Source: Octopus vulgaris
Taxonomy: Eukaryota
Reading direction: 5' to 3'
DNA: 64,000 nt
Assembly: GCA_951406725.2 (NCBI GenBank)
Contig: OX597832.1
Location: 13,330,001-13,394,000 of the forward strand
Shown in pieces: positions 1 through 13,721 of the stretch. Each line of letters begins with the position of its first letter. Position 1 is the first letter of the stretch. The translations under genes were made by a program, and so were the position numbers. The notes beneath the pieces were generated by a model that worked only from the letters and a program-made list of their open reading frames with translations, had not been told where the DNA came from and did not search any database.

Positions 1-629
1 TCTTATGTATTTAATTGTTTTAATTCAAAATTTGTGGAGAATTTTATGTGAAATTTTTTTTTTTTTATGCATTAAGTTTAACATTTATTTTTATCTAAAA
101 CACACAAGGAAAAATATCGCTGTTTTGCTATTTGTCACTCGCCGAGATTTGAAATAAATATACATTTCACAAATCTGTAAAGGAAGAGAGCAAATAAAAC
201 AATGAAGTCAATTTACGTGCTTCTTAACAATGGTAATTCTATGAAAAGCTTCTTTATAAGTTTTGGTTAACTATGCTCTTTCAGGTAATAACTTAATTTC
301 GTACAATTAGAATTTAATCCGACACGGCTTAATAAACTGTGCACATCTCATATTTACTTAAGCAAAGAGATTATACATATAAACTTATACTTAACTTTGT
401 ACACATTGCAAACGATTATAGCATTTAATCAGGATTATGGAATGGTAATAACAATTTTAGACTCAACAATAAAATTACCTTGATAAAATGTAGAAATTAA
501 CTCAAATATAAAATCAGGCGATTCCTCAGTTTATAATTCTAACATATAGCACTATTAGGCACCGCACACTTACTATGTAAAACACCTTCAATACGGTAAA
601 TATAAGAGTACAATAAACCAAAGCTCATA

Positions 630-1280
630 ATTTTCTACTCTAGGCACAACGCCCGGAAATTTGTATGTATGCATGTATTTGTGTAAGTATGTATGTATGT
701 ATGTATGTATGTATGTATATGCCACTTTTTTGGAGAGGATGCCAGTCGATTGGATTGAATCCAGTATGCAACTGGTATTTAATCTATCGACCCCGAAATG
801 ATGAAAGGTAAAATCGACCTCCGCGGAACTTGAACAAAGAATGTGAAGACAGACGAAATACCTATTTCTTTACTACCCACAACGGGCTAAACACAGAGAG
901 GACAAACAAGGACAGACAAACGGATTAAGTCGATTATATCGACCCCCAGTGCGTAACTGGTACTTAATTTATCGGCCCCGATGGGATGAAAGGTAAAGTC
1001 TACCTCGGCGGAATTTGTACTCAGAGCGTTACGGCAGACGAAATACCTATTTCTTTACTTCCTACAAGGGGTTAAACACAGAGAGGAAAACAAGGACAGA
1101 CAAACGGATTAAGTCGATTATATCGACTCCCAGCGCGTAACTGGTACTTTATTTATCGACCCCGAATGGATGAAAGGCAAAGTCGACCCCGGCGGAATTT
1201 GAACTCAGAACGTAATGGCAAACGAAATACCATTACGCTTTTCGCCCGGACTGCTAACGTTTCTACCAACTTGTTGCCTT
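630..1280 (-). mobile_element. Composite tRNA-derived SINE with Deu/Nin-like central domain: head, two ~185-bp tandem units with tail type B, terminal unit with tail type A
   Basis: Minus strand has B-box GAGTTCAAATTCC and GTCGACTTTGCCTTTCATCC..GGGGTCGATAAA..AAGTACCAG (Deu/Nin-domain-like). Junctions at 861|862 and 1046|1047. 15-bp direct repeat AAACCAAAGCTCATA at 615-629 and 1284-1298 (TSD). Confidence 0.85.
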
Positions 1281-1385
1281 AACAAACCAAAGCTCATACC
1301 CAAGGTACATTGGGTATGTGCTTGGAAGTGCAGTGAAAGCACGTTTTAGAGATAAAACTACTGAACAATAACAACAATGATAATA

Positions 1386-1417
<32 letters not shown>

Positions 1418-1477
1418 AAAAATAACAACAACGACAATAATAATAATTACAACGATGATAATGTTAATAATAATCGA

Positions 1478-1775
1478 TTCTACTATAGACACAAGGCCTG
1501 GAACTTGGGGGAGGGGCTAAATTGATTACATCGACACCAGTGTTTCACTGTTACTTTAGTTTAAATTTTATCACAAGTGCAGCAGTTTTTTGGGGGTGGA
1601 GAGAATGAGTAGATTCTATAGACCCTAGTGTTCAACTGGTAATTATTTTATTGATCCCGAAACGATGAAAGGCAAAGTCAGACTTGGCAGAATTTGAACT
1701 CAGAAGATAGCGACGAGCGAAATACCACTAAGCATTTCGTCCAGCGCGCCATCGATTCTGATATCTCGCCGCCTT
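1478..1775 (-). mobile_element. Deu/Nin-domain SINE (tail type A) with partial internal duplication
   Basis: Head GGCGGCGAGATATCAGAATCG, B-box, same central domain as 630-1280, tail ending GTGTCTATAGTAGAA. Confidence 0.8.
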
Positions 1776-1776
1776 A

Positions 1777-2346
<570 letters not shown>

Positions 2347-2391
2347 AATGATAATAATAAGAGCTACAATTACAGCAATAATTATATAGTT

Positions 2392-2455
<64 letters not shown>

Positions 2456-2669
2456 ACAGAAATTTAGCAGACCCATATGCACATACGAATTGATAAAACT
2501 GTATGTATAAACTCGAGTATTTGCGTTTTTCTCTGGCAAAAGAAAAATATTTTTTCAATTAGGTTAATGTTCTATGTTTTTAAATCGTCAGTGTCATTGT
2601 AAATGCATAGTCGGTATTAAATATATAAGCATCTTGATAGTTAATGTTCAACTGTTGATAATTCCTCAG

Positions 2670-2737
2670 TGGACAAAATCTGCGAATCAAAATTCCTTGT
2701 TTTAAAGCTATTTCTTTCTTCTCGATTATATCTATTG
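2670..2737 (+). CDS. Candidate internal exon of an unidentified plus-strand gene
   Basis: Acceptor ttgataattcctcAG, donor TTG|GTGAGT. Open in two frames; one (GQNLRIKIPCFKAISFFSIISI) ends in phase 1, compatible with 8802-8925. Confidence 0.3.
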
Positions 2738-4269
2738 GTGAGTAGTTTGACCGTCATAAATACGAGTACAAAACTTCCGCGTAACGTGATTTCAAACCTT
2801 TGTGTCAAGACCTGGATAGATCAGAGTTATTACTCAAAAAAAGATAAGCGCTCCCGCAACATTCGGAAGTAGAGATATAAATAGAAATATAAATAATAGC
2901 AGTTAGTCTTAAGCACGTATTATGCTTACAAGCTAAGATTACTTCGTAAAACCTATTTAGAATTGAGTCTTTTTACAAAAATTATCTACAACGCTACACT
3001 TTCCCATAATTCGCTGTATATACTGGCCCTCGCCAAATCCTTCGATTATACCCCATACTGCTTTTTACAATTGTTGTTATCTTTCTTTCTCAAAATGATA
3101 GCCAAAAACGGGTGTTAATCTCATTACAGTGACCCGGTATGAATGTTTAAGCACAGGATATCTCCCCTCACTTATATTGATTATTAAACATATAAGTTTT
3201 AATATTGGAAGAATTGCTAACCGTTCATTTATATACTACCTTCGTTGCGAAATAGCTTGTATTATTTCTATAATTATCGTTGCCTATAGGAATATGGTTA
3301 TCTAACTTAGCGTCATTCGTAAAGATAATGTGTCGTTTAAGACTGACAAAAGCTAGTACTATGATACTATAACAGAGATACTGTTAGTAACATATATTTT
3401 AGAACATGTATTCTAGAATTGGAAATAATTCTGGAATCATCCAAAAATATATCTTAGCTATTATTATTGTCACTATGCCATACAGTTGATAATACGATAT
3501 AATACGCCAATTCTGTTTTTCATTATTCTACGCTCATAATTAAAAAAAAAATCATAATATTCTTGCATTCACAACGAACAAGAATCTCAATATGGTATAC
3601 TGAATATTCCTTGAAACTTCTTCGTAAAGATGTTCTCAGTGAGATATTTCTGGTTAAAATTTGAGTGGAAATGAGAAAAGACTGATAAGAAAAATTCAGA
3701 TATAATAATGGGATGGGTCTCAATAGATTTTCTATAGAGATAAAATAGACCATTAGGTATGAGTTACATTCCAGGAATTGAATTCATTGTTGCTAGTCTG
3801 ATATATAATGTAATCGAAAAATTAGATATCGAGAAAGAGTATCAGATCAGTATAAATCTTAACAATGGCACGAGGATTACACATATTCATCATCGAAACG
3901 TCATAATCTCAATATACACACCAAACTAATAACGGAATTCGTTACGGAGCTCATCAGTATATAATGATCGACAAAACTTGGTGAGAATCTTCAGAGTGAT
4001 CGCTTCAAAATTGACCTCATCTGGCATGCTTCAGAATTCTTCGTCATTAAATCCAGGAGTGCGTTACATTACGTGTCTGTCATGTGGTCAGGCGTAACAC
4101 ATTTAGTTTTTTACCGCTCTATAATAAACTCTGGGATGAAGAGATTATCTTTTGTGAAGTAGTTGCTATTAACTATTAACACCTTAATGCAGCTTGAACA
4201 CTTCTTTCATATAGATTATATATGTATTGATTGCTATTGATTTTGGAAATATGATGTGGAGACAAAGTA

Positions 4270-4373
4270 TATAAGTATGTATTTGTGTATGTGTTTGTGC
4301 GCTTGCGTGCATACACACACATATATACACACATATAAACAAAAATATATACATATATATATGTATATATGTA

Positions 4374-4435
<62 letters not shown>

Positions 4436-4476
4436 TATATACATATATATACATAATACATACATATATATACATG

Positions 4477-4533
<57 letters not shown>

Positions 4534-4590
4534 TCATACACACACACATATATATGTATATATATATATATATATATATAGATAGATAAG
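4270..4590. repeat. (TA)n/(CA)n compound microsatellite
   Basis: Directly visible; source of several YIYI/THTH ORFs. Confidence 0.95.
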
Positions 4591-4692
4591 AAAGTTGGTT
4601 TGTGAAAGCACGTGGTTGAATATATAGAAAATAGTAAAAAGTGAATAAACTACAGAAGGCTTAAATGTTAAAAAATATATATTTGCGTCAAT

Positions 4693-5195
4693 ATGTCTGA
4701 AGAATATAACCCCAGAAACAAAGAAGCCTTCACCATCATCACCCAGAATTTACCAATACTTCATAAGGACCCCAAATTAAAGGAAATTCTAAACATACAC
4801 CAAATCATTAAAAGCTACAAACAACATAAATCACTTAAAAAGATTCTCACAAAGGCAAAATTGTCTTCTGATATTACGGATGCAAAAGTAAAAAAATGTG
4901 GTAGATCGAACTGTGCAACATGTCCAAACCTGCTAGAAGGATCAGAATTCCTCTTTAAAGAGGGACAGAAATTCAAGATCAAATCTAAGTTTACTTGTGC
5001 CTCTGAAAACATAATTTATGTCATAAAATGCTCGGGCTGCCACCAAGACTACGTGGGATCCACGGGACTACAACTCAGACGTAGATTCACACTGCATCGA
5101 CAACAGATTGCATTCCCAGAATACAGAAAGATACCTTTTAGTGAGCACATTGAGAAATGCGCAAAGCAACTACTACCACAATTTTTAATCTGTCT
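4693..5195 (+). mobile_element. Penelope-like element fragment: linker Zn-finger plus GIY-YIG endonuclease, 3'-truncated by a simple repeat
   Basis: ORF has KCGRSNCATCP, FTCASENIIYVIKCSGCHQDYVGST and LRRRFTLH, typical of the PLE GIY-YIG region with the Neptune-type Cys motif. Confidence 0.88.
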
Positions 5196-5289
5196 GCGTG
5201 GCGGTGTTTTGTGATGTGATGTGTTGCGTGGTATGGTGCAGTGTGATGTGGTGTGATGGTTTTGGGTGCTGGGGGAGGCGGGAGTGGCG

Positions 5290-5332
<43 letters not shown>

Positions 5333-5338
<6 letters not shown>

Positions 5339-5529
5339 AATTAAGGACTGAACACGAAAAGTGGACATTCAACATGCTAGATATAGACGTCAAGTCGCCA
5401 TTCTCCACAAAGATTATGTTCTGTGCTGAGTTTGATTTGAAAACATAATCTTTGTGGAGAATGGCTATTTGACGTCTATATCTAGCATGTTGACTGTCCA
5501 CTTTTCGTGTTCAGTCCTTAATTGGTATA
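5333..5529. mobile_element. Near-perfect palindromic foldback/MITE
   Basis: 88-bp arms (5333-5420, 5442-5529) with 3 mismatches, 21-nt loop, adjoining (TA)n. Confidence 0.85.
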
Positions 5530-5616
5530 CATAAATATTTTAATCTTCGGATTCTTTTTAATATGCTAGACCACTGGTTGTAATTGATAAATATCAATTT
5601 CTACCCTTACTTAATG

Positions 5617-5660
<44 letters not shown>

Positions 5661-6257
5661 GCATACACATACACACATACACTCACAACACACACACACA
5701 TACACATGCTAACAGGCATGTTTTCTGTTAGAAAGATCATGGAATGCTGTGAATATGTTGGTGCTAGCATACATATACACGCCTACTGCTTCTGATACCT
5801 TACCGTTTAAGAAGACTGAAGCACTTTTGTGGTATGCATCAGCATTTTCAAATTTATATAACGTTAGCTCCTGTGTGAATTTATTCATTTAGTCTTCACT
5901 GTCGTTTATATGAAATACTATTTTCGCCTCTGGTTTCTATCTTTGCTACGAGGCATTGTTTGTTGAAAATTGAAATCTTCGTTCCATCATACGAAATTAC
6001 TTCTATGGTTTATTTGACTATTTGGCAAATCTTTTCTAATCGCCTGGACTCTTGTAGGGTCAATGTTCCTATTGCAAAATAAAATCAAATATTTGTTTCT
6101 GAAAGCCAAAATGGGTGTACTTTTGCTTTAACTTACAAATTTTTTTCTGTATAACAGACGAATACACATCGAGGCAATAATTTTAGTTAGGTGTGATGAT
6201 GTCTAGTTCTATTCATTGTAAACAAACACGGGATGTAAATGAAACAAAGTAGATATA

Positions 6258-6424
6258 GGCGCAGGAGTGTCTATGTGGTAAATAGCTTGCTTACCAACAA
6301 CATGGTCCTGGAGTTAGTCCCACTTCAAATGGTTTCTACTACAGCCTCGGGTCGATCAAAGCCTTGTGAGTGGATTTGGTAAACTGAAACTGAAAGTCTG
6401 TCGTATAAATAAATAAATAAATAA

Positions 6425-6499
<75 letters not shown>

Positions 6500-6694
6500 T
6501 GTGTCTGTGTGTGTGTGTGCGTGCGTGTGTGTGTGTATATGTTTGTGTCTCTGTGTCTGTCCCGCTCACCATCGCTTGACAACCGACAGTGATGTGTTTA
6601 CGTCTCCGTAATTTAGTGGTTCGGCAAAAGAAGCCGATAGTACAAGTACTAGGTTTACAATAAATAAGTCCTGGAGTAGATTTGTTCGATTAAA
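6258..6694 (+). mobile_element. tRNA-derived CORE-type octopus SINE with internal (TA)n(TG)n, partly deleted
   Basis: GGCGCAGGAGTG..GTGGTAA head, shared body GCCTTGTGAGTGGATTTGGTA and CATCGCTTGACAACCGA; 7 copies in the window. Confidence 0.85.
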
Positions 6695-6978
6695 GAAATG
6701 TCATGATGTAAAGTGTAAAGGGGGAAGCAGATAAGGTTTATTCGTGGAAAGAAAAGCCTACGGAAAAGACCACGGTAACCTCGGTCAATAATGTCCACAT
6801 GTAAACACATTTATTTGCAATTAAGTAACTATCTGTGTTAAATTTTTGCAGGTTCATAGGATTATGCTCAAGGTGGCTTCGTCATTCATACGTGCCACCC
6901 CTGTTTTTTGAAACATTTGCTAGACAAATATTGATAGATAGATAGATAAATAGATAAATAGATGTTATATACATAAAT

Positions 6979-7753
6979 ATATTGCTGTGTCTGGGGAGAG
7001 TCATTCTATTTTATGCCTTATTATTTAACACAATCACCGGTAAAGTTTCCACTCATTTATTTCTTTATTTTTCCTAAAATTTGCGTTGAGTCTTGCAACC
7101 TTTTCAAGAGTCGTTGACTCTGTCCGTTATCAGAGCTGCGTTCGTTTTGTTTGTGTGCGCGTATATGTGTGCGCGTTAGAGTGCGTTAGCATATACATGT
7201 ATGCATGTATATATGTATGTATGCATGTATGTGTGTGTGCATGCATATATGTATGTGTGCGTGTGTGTTTGTATATATGTATTCTGCATATTCATGTTTT
7301 TGTGTGTTTGTGTTTTTTTATGTCTGTGTTTGTGTGTGTGTGTGTGTGCTTGCATGCACGTGTGTGTGTTTGCATGTCTGAATGTGTGTATGTATGGGTT
7401 ATTGTGACTATGTACTGTGTCTCCAAACATGTGTCCTTGTGTGAAGTGAATTGATGCGGTTCACACACACTCACATGCAAACACATTAAAACACACAAAC
7501 GCATGAATATGTAGAATACATACATACAAACTTACACACATACACACAAATATGTGCTTGCGCATACACACTGACCAACACACATGCGCATAAACAAGCA
7601 AAAAGAACGCAGCTCCGATAACGACTATTGAAAAGGTTGCAAGACGCGACGAAGAGATTTTAGGAAAAATAAGTGAGCGGAAACTTTACCGGTGAGTGTG
7701 TTAAATTATAAGACACTAAAAGAGAATGACTCTCCCCAGACACAACAAAATAT
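6979..7753. mobile_element. MITE with ~180-bp imperfect terminal inverted repeats around a (TG)/(CA)-rich core
   Basis: TGTGTCTGGGGAGAGTCATTCT..CACCGGTAAAGTTTCC..TCTTGCAACCTTTTCAA..GAGCTGCGTTC at left, reverse complement at about 7580-7753. Confidence 0.85.
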
Positions 7754-8196
7754 GCTTCAACACGCGAACTCACATAAAGAATCTTGCAAACCAAATCCAA
7801 AAACGATATGTGTGTATACATATACATATGTATGTGGGGAGAGAGAGAGTGAGAGAGAGAGAGAGCGAGACAGAGAGAGAGATACACTGATAGATATATA
7901 GATGAAAAGATAGACGTATACAGAACGCTGTAGAAGTTGATGAAAACATAAGAGGGTGTGGTCAAGTGAATTGGAGCCGACCACTTATTGATGCGAATAA
8001 GAATGTTCCTGGTGTAATGAATGAAGATTTTTTTCCTTTGTATTTGTGAATAATTTCATAAATCGACGCCAGATGTAGACATGAATTTGAACGAATGACC
8101 TAGCAATCTACGTTGGCGTCGTACCAGTTTGATGTTTGTTTGTCTATTGTTACAAAGACAGAAAAGACACTTGCAGAATCTATCGCTTCAACTATT

Positions 8197-8436
8197 TCTT
8201 TTTACTCTTTTACTCTATTACTCGCTTCAATCATTTGACTGTGGCCATGCTGGAGCACCGCCTTTAGTCGTGCAAATCGATCCCAGGAATTATTCTTTGT
8301 AAGTCTAGTACTTATTCTATCGGTCTTTTTTGCCGAACAGCTAAGTTACGGGGGACGTAACACACCAGCATCGTTTGTCAAGCGATGTTGGGGAGACAAA
8401 CACAGACACACATATGTATACACACACATACACACA

Positions 8437-8473
<37 letters not shown>

Positions 8474-8638
8474 TTATATACGACGGGCTTCTTTCAGTTT
8501 CCGTCTACCACTCCACTCACAAGGTTTTTGTCGGCCCGAGGCTATAGGAGAAGACGCCCAAGGTGCCACGAAGTGGGACTGAACTCGGAATCATGCGGTT
8601 GGCAAGCAAGCTACTTACCACACAGCCACTCCTGCGCC
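8197..8638 (-). mobile_element. CORE-type octopus SINE, full length
   Basis: Same family as 24504-24929, with (GAGTAAAA) tail. Confidence 0.9.
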
Positions 8639-8801
8639 TAAATGTATAAATTTGTGTAGGGAACACAGTAAGTGTTTATAATTTAGAATGGAAATATAGA
8701 CGTGTAAGCCTTTGAAACAATACATAAATCTCTCATATTCAACTTGAAACATTTTTTGAAAACCACTAAAAAAAAACTCATACAATACTGTATCATTTCA
8801 G

Positions 8802-8925
8802 ATGTAGAGTGGAGAATGAAAAAATGTTATCATGTTTTGGATAACAGGAAAATACGAGTGAACCTTTTCAACACTTGTACTTTGGCGCTGCAAAGCTGCA
8901 AGACCAAAATGTACAAAAGAATGCT
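8802..8925 (+). CDS. Candidate coding exon (DVEWRMKKCYHVLDNRKIRVNLFNTCTLALQSCKTKMYKRML) of an unidentified gene
   Basis: Acceptor tgtatcatttcAG, donor CT|GTAAGT, 124 nt open (phase 1 to 2), unique sequence. Confidence 0.45.
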
Positions 8926-9487
8926 GTAAGTACCGGTATATGTGTGCTTCATACGTGTACATATGCTGTCTATGGAATAGGATTGGTTGTGAGCATTGAT
9001 ATTTGGCATTATGTTCTTCTGTATTTGCCTCCTTTTTTCTTTGATTTTAACCATTGCAAGTCTTTTCTTTTATGTTAAACACTAGAATTCTTCTTGGTTT
9101 TATTCTCGCTTTCCATCTTACAAACCCATTAACATCCCCGTCTTACTTTTGCATCCCTATTATCCTTCCTAACGCTCTATTTTATTATCAGTTTGTATGA
9201 TTCACACAATTCCCAATCTGTAGATTTACCAATAGAAATAAGTACTCCATCTCCCACCAGTTCTAGAAGTCTTTTCTTACAGGTAAACATAATTTATTCT
9301 ACTTTGCGAATGTTTTGGTAGAATAAAAAAAAACATCAAAATCTCATTAATCTGTTGCAATACATTTTCACCAAATATACATCTTCGTATGTAGACTATA
9401 CTCTTAATACTCAAATAGCTAAGAGTAACTGTATCGGTCAAGAATTCCAGATAATTTATAACATTAATGAGATATTTTCCTTTTCAG

Positions 9488-9545
9488 TTCTGAAAACAAA
9501 TCCCACTGTAGTTACTTACTTATAAATAACATCACTAGTAATTAA
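9488..9545 (+). CDS. Candidate terminal coding exon (SENKSHCSYLLINNITSN*)
   Basis: Strong acceptor attttccttttcAG; phase 2 matches the 8925 donor; ATTAAA overlaps the stop. Confidence 0.3.
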
Positions 9546-10032
9546 AATAATAATACAATAATACAAAAACTATTCAGATTTTGTTTAAAAAAGATACATC
9601 ATCCAAAGTTTATTTGTCATTGTGTATTCATACGCTACAGTATCAATTCAAATATACTAGCTAAAAAATGTTGAATACATTAAATTTATTTCTAAGGTAA
9701 AACCATGATCTCGGTTTCGTTTCTCATTAGGTAAACAATATACATTTCAGTTTTGTAACGAAACGGAATTTTATGAACTTTAAAATAATCAATTTGTGAT
9801 AAATTAAATTTTAGAAAATGAAAGTTCACAATTCCCCAAGCTTCACACAGACACAGGCATAAATGCATACATACAAACACACGCACACGAAGACACACAT
9901 TATACACGTGTGGTTGTGTTTGTGCATGTGAGTATGTATGTATATATATATATAAATATACACATATATATATATATGCATGTACAGACATCCATACAGA
10001 TATACAAATATACATGCATACATACAGATTTT

Positions 10033-10071
<39 letters not shown>

Positions 10072-10121
10072 GTGTGTGTATATGTATATGTATATATATT
10101 TGTATATACGTATGTCATGTC

Positions 10122-10159
<38 letters not shown>

Positions 10160-10624
10160 TTAATATATATTTGTGTGGTTTTACTGTGGATTTTATAGAC
10201 TTTAGTGATACTAGTATGGAGATAGTTTCTGTCGGTATTTGTGTGGCAGCTTAATCTATTTTAAAGTTTTAAAGTAAATGTGTTTCAGTAAGATAACAAA
10301 ACATATGTAAATATTTCCGAAGCATTAGTAGTGCACCTATTATTCCTGCTGATAGAAATTTTAACGGTTAAATATATACCCACAGTATATAAACAAACAA
10401 GTCTTAAATTAAAAGAATGTGAATGCTAAAAAAGAAAAAAAAAAAGAAAAAAAACATATCGATAATAAACTAAAATAAAGTCAGCGGTGATATCAAGCCA
10501 AACAATCGAACAGTCAAGCAAAGAAGTAAATACACTGGAAGATAAGTTTTGAAAGTTTTTGAGAAAAAAGGATGCTGAAGATTATAAAGGAAAACCGCCG
10601 AGAAATGGCTGAAGGGATGACACA

Positions 10625-11040
10625 AAGAAGAAGAAGAAGGAGGAGGAGGAGGAGGAGGAGGAGGAGAAGAAGGAGAAGAAGAAGGAGAAGAAGCAGAAGG
10701 AGAAGAAGAAGAAGTAGGAGAAAAAGAATGATAAGAAGAAGAAGAAGACGGAGAAGAAGGAGAAGAAGGAGAAGTAGAAGTAGGAGAAGAAGGAGAAGAA
10801 GGAGAAGAAGGTGAAGAAGCAGAAGGAGAAGAAGAAGAAGGAGAAGAAGAATGATAAGAAGAAAAAGAAGAAGAAGAAGACGGAGAAGAAGGAGAAGAAG
10901 GAGAAGAAAGAGAAGAAGGAGAAGAAGAAGAAGAAGACGGAGAAGAAGGAGAAGAAGGAGAAGAAGAAGTAGGAGAGGTAGTAGGTGAAGAAGTAGGAGA
11001 AGAAGTTGAAGTAGAAGAAGAAGTGGAGGAGGAGGAGGGA

Positions 11041-11106
<66 letters not shown>

Positions 11107-11430
11107 AGGAAAACAGACGACGATGATGCAGAAGAAGAAAAAGAGGGGAAGAAGAACAAAAGGAAGGGAAGAAGAGGAAAATAAGAAGAGGAGGGGGAAG
11201 AAAAAGTTTACACTATAATCTTCAGCATCCTTTTTCTCAAAAGAAGAAGAAAGAGAAGGAAAAGAAGTAGAAGAAAGAGAAGGAAAAGAAGAAGAAAAAG
11301 AAGAAAAAGAAAGCGAAGAAGAAGAAAAAGGAGAAGAAGAAGAAGAAGAAAAGAAGAAGAAGAAGAAGAAGAAGAAGAAGAAGAAGAAGAAGAAGAAGAA
11401 GAAGAAGAAGAAGAAGAAGAAGAAGAAGAA
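10625..11430. repeat. Long polypurine tract of (GAA)/(GGA)/(GTA) repeats
   Basis: Directly visible; explains the poly-S/P/F/R ORFs. Confidence 0.97.
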
Positions 11431-13119
11431 AGCCGAGGAGGTGCACGCGGAATGGAGACTAAAGTACGTAGCGAAATCTAATAATGATGTTGGCGAAGAA
11501 GAATATTTAGTGAAAGCAGTATTAAGCATGTAAAAGATGATATTCAGACAATATATATCGAGAGAAGCTGAAGCGTATCTGTATTACTCTTCGGGGGCTT
11601 CATTTATCATGAAAATTTAATCCTTTAATCCTCTCACAACACAAGCACATACTCCCACAGAGAAATGCATCTACTCTCAGATATACGTGTATACACTTAT
11701 AAAGTTATTACATCTGTTGACAGATACATTTATTTACGCACATGTTCTCTCACAGTTAGGCACAGACACATTTTCGCTTATCTAATAATATATATGTAGT
11801 AAGTATACGTTAGAATCGAAACAGTTTAATTAGATTATTTATAAACTTGTAACGAAATCAAAATGATAAGACGATATTTGCCACCGCTCCTCCATTGACT
11901 GCAGGTGCACCAGTCAATAGATCTCTTCGTCTGAGTGACAACTGAACAGAATTATGCTATTTCTTATGAGAGATAAGAAGAAACTAAGATGTGTTGACAA
12001 GATGGCAGTTCGAAATATGCTGCTCTGCCAAATTAAAAGGAAAAAATAAAAGGAAGCAAGCAATGAAGACAAGTGAAAGAATATAGAAGAAAACTCGATA
12101 TTGATTTATAAAATAAACAATGCACGCCGAGCTTATTCTTATGATGAGTTTCTATCTAAAATCAACGGCAATATATTAGAGACTTTATGGAGTCGTACTA
12201 GAAGCATACTCGTCGGAACCCCTGTCAGAAATTTTCTGCCAATTGTGCTAACTCTATTTCAAAGCTTTCTACTTTGCCTAGTCTCACAGATTCTCAGCCC
12301 CTTGATGTTAAGCTGATGTGAGAAATTATGGAAATATTTTATATTTGCACGGAATAATAATGAGACAGTTGAACAGAGAGAAAAAGAAATGTTATCCTAT
12401 TAAATACCTATATGTCTCATCTATTGTGTTCTTTGTACAAATCTGATCGAAATAAAACATTTTATCTTTTGGGATCGATAAAAGTAAAAATAAAACTAGA
12501 AACAGAACTAGATTTTATTCAACGTTTGTTTAAATGAGTAGGTGGCGTCATACAATTCTAGAAAACAGTACAGAAAAGTAATGGACTTTGAAAGAAGTAG
12601 AATATTGTGTGCTGTCTGAGTGTAGTAGGAAAAAGCTTTCAGTTTTATCGGGTGTGCAGTTGAATCAATGAAGTCTGTCAAAGGTTTATAATTTACATAG
12701 TAGAAATAAAGCTAAATGGTGCGTGAAGAAGGAGCAGAACTGAAGTTAAGGAAAGCATAAATTCGCTTTCTGTCGACAGTAAAATGTGGGGAATAACGAA
12801 AATTGAAATAAATTACTGAAAGGAAATCAAAACAAGGTTGAAGAAAATATCCTTATTGTCGCAACTGCTTTTGCATTTTTTTTGCTATTTTACTCTCTTG
12901 TTTCTCCTTGTCAAAATATTAAGGCAGGAAAGTGTATATACGGTGATATGAGTAGACTGAATCGGTAGAGCCCCAAGTAAAATAATCTTGCGATGTTTTG
13001 TCCTGCATTGTTATACACAAAGATCAAATCCCAACATGACCTTACTATGTATTTCATTATTCTATAATTGCGTGGCTTAATGATTAAGGTATTGGACACC
13101 CTATCGTAATTTCATAAGC

Positions 13120-13385
13120 TCCATTTCCGGCGCTGTATTGTGTCCTAGAACACGACACTCTGTTTTACGTTGCTCCAGTTCACTCAGCCAGGAACAAAAA
13201 TGAGTTGTACATATAATTTAGAAAGCCAGCCTTCTTGCATTCAGGGTGTCACACTGAATTCCCTGAGAACTACGTTAAGGGAACGCATGTCTGTGGAATG
13301 CTCGGCCACTTGCAAGTTAATTTCAAGAGCAGATTTCTCACTTCTAATCAGATCAGCTGCAACACCCATCGTCGTAACCGGCAGA
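13120..13385 (+). mobile_element. Old SINE sharing the central and 3' region of the 47149-47536 family
   Basis: GTCACACTGAATTCCCTGAGAACTACGTTAAGGG..GTCTGTGGAATGCTCGGCCACTTGCA..GTCGTAACCG. Confidence 0.7.
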
Positions 13386-13721
13386 ATATTTGCTTATCCT
13401 TTCTCTGTTCTGTATCGGTAGCTTATTACGACAAGCCATACACTAGATATAATGTGTTACATTAGAGGTATTTTCGTAAAACATATATTATATTTTAGCA
13501 GATGTTTCATTGTTGTTGAGACAGAGTTGAAATTGGACCATCCTACTTTTGCCCCCACCCCACATAAAATAATTAAGGAAACTAGACACAATATTAAACA
13601 CACAAATAAATAATTCACCGTCACTACAAGTGAAGAAGGATAAAGTGAGCACTAGCATTGCTAGCAATAGGAGTCATAGACGGTTTTGTCACATGAAGCA
13701 GCTACAATTCTATATTGAAGA

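Noticed and set aside
3930-3962. CUGAUGA on the minus strand
   Set aside because: No proper stem II, and GAAU instead of GAAA; too degenerate to call a hammerhead
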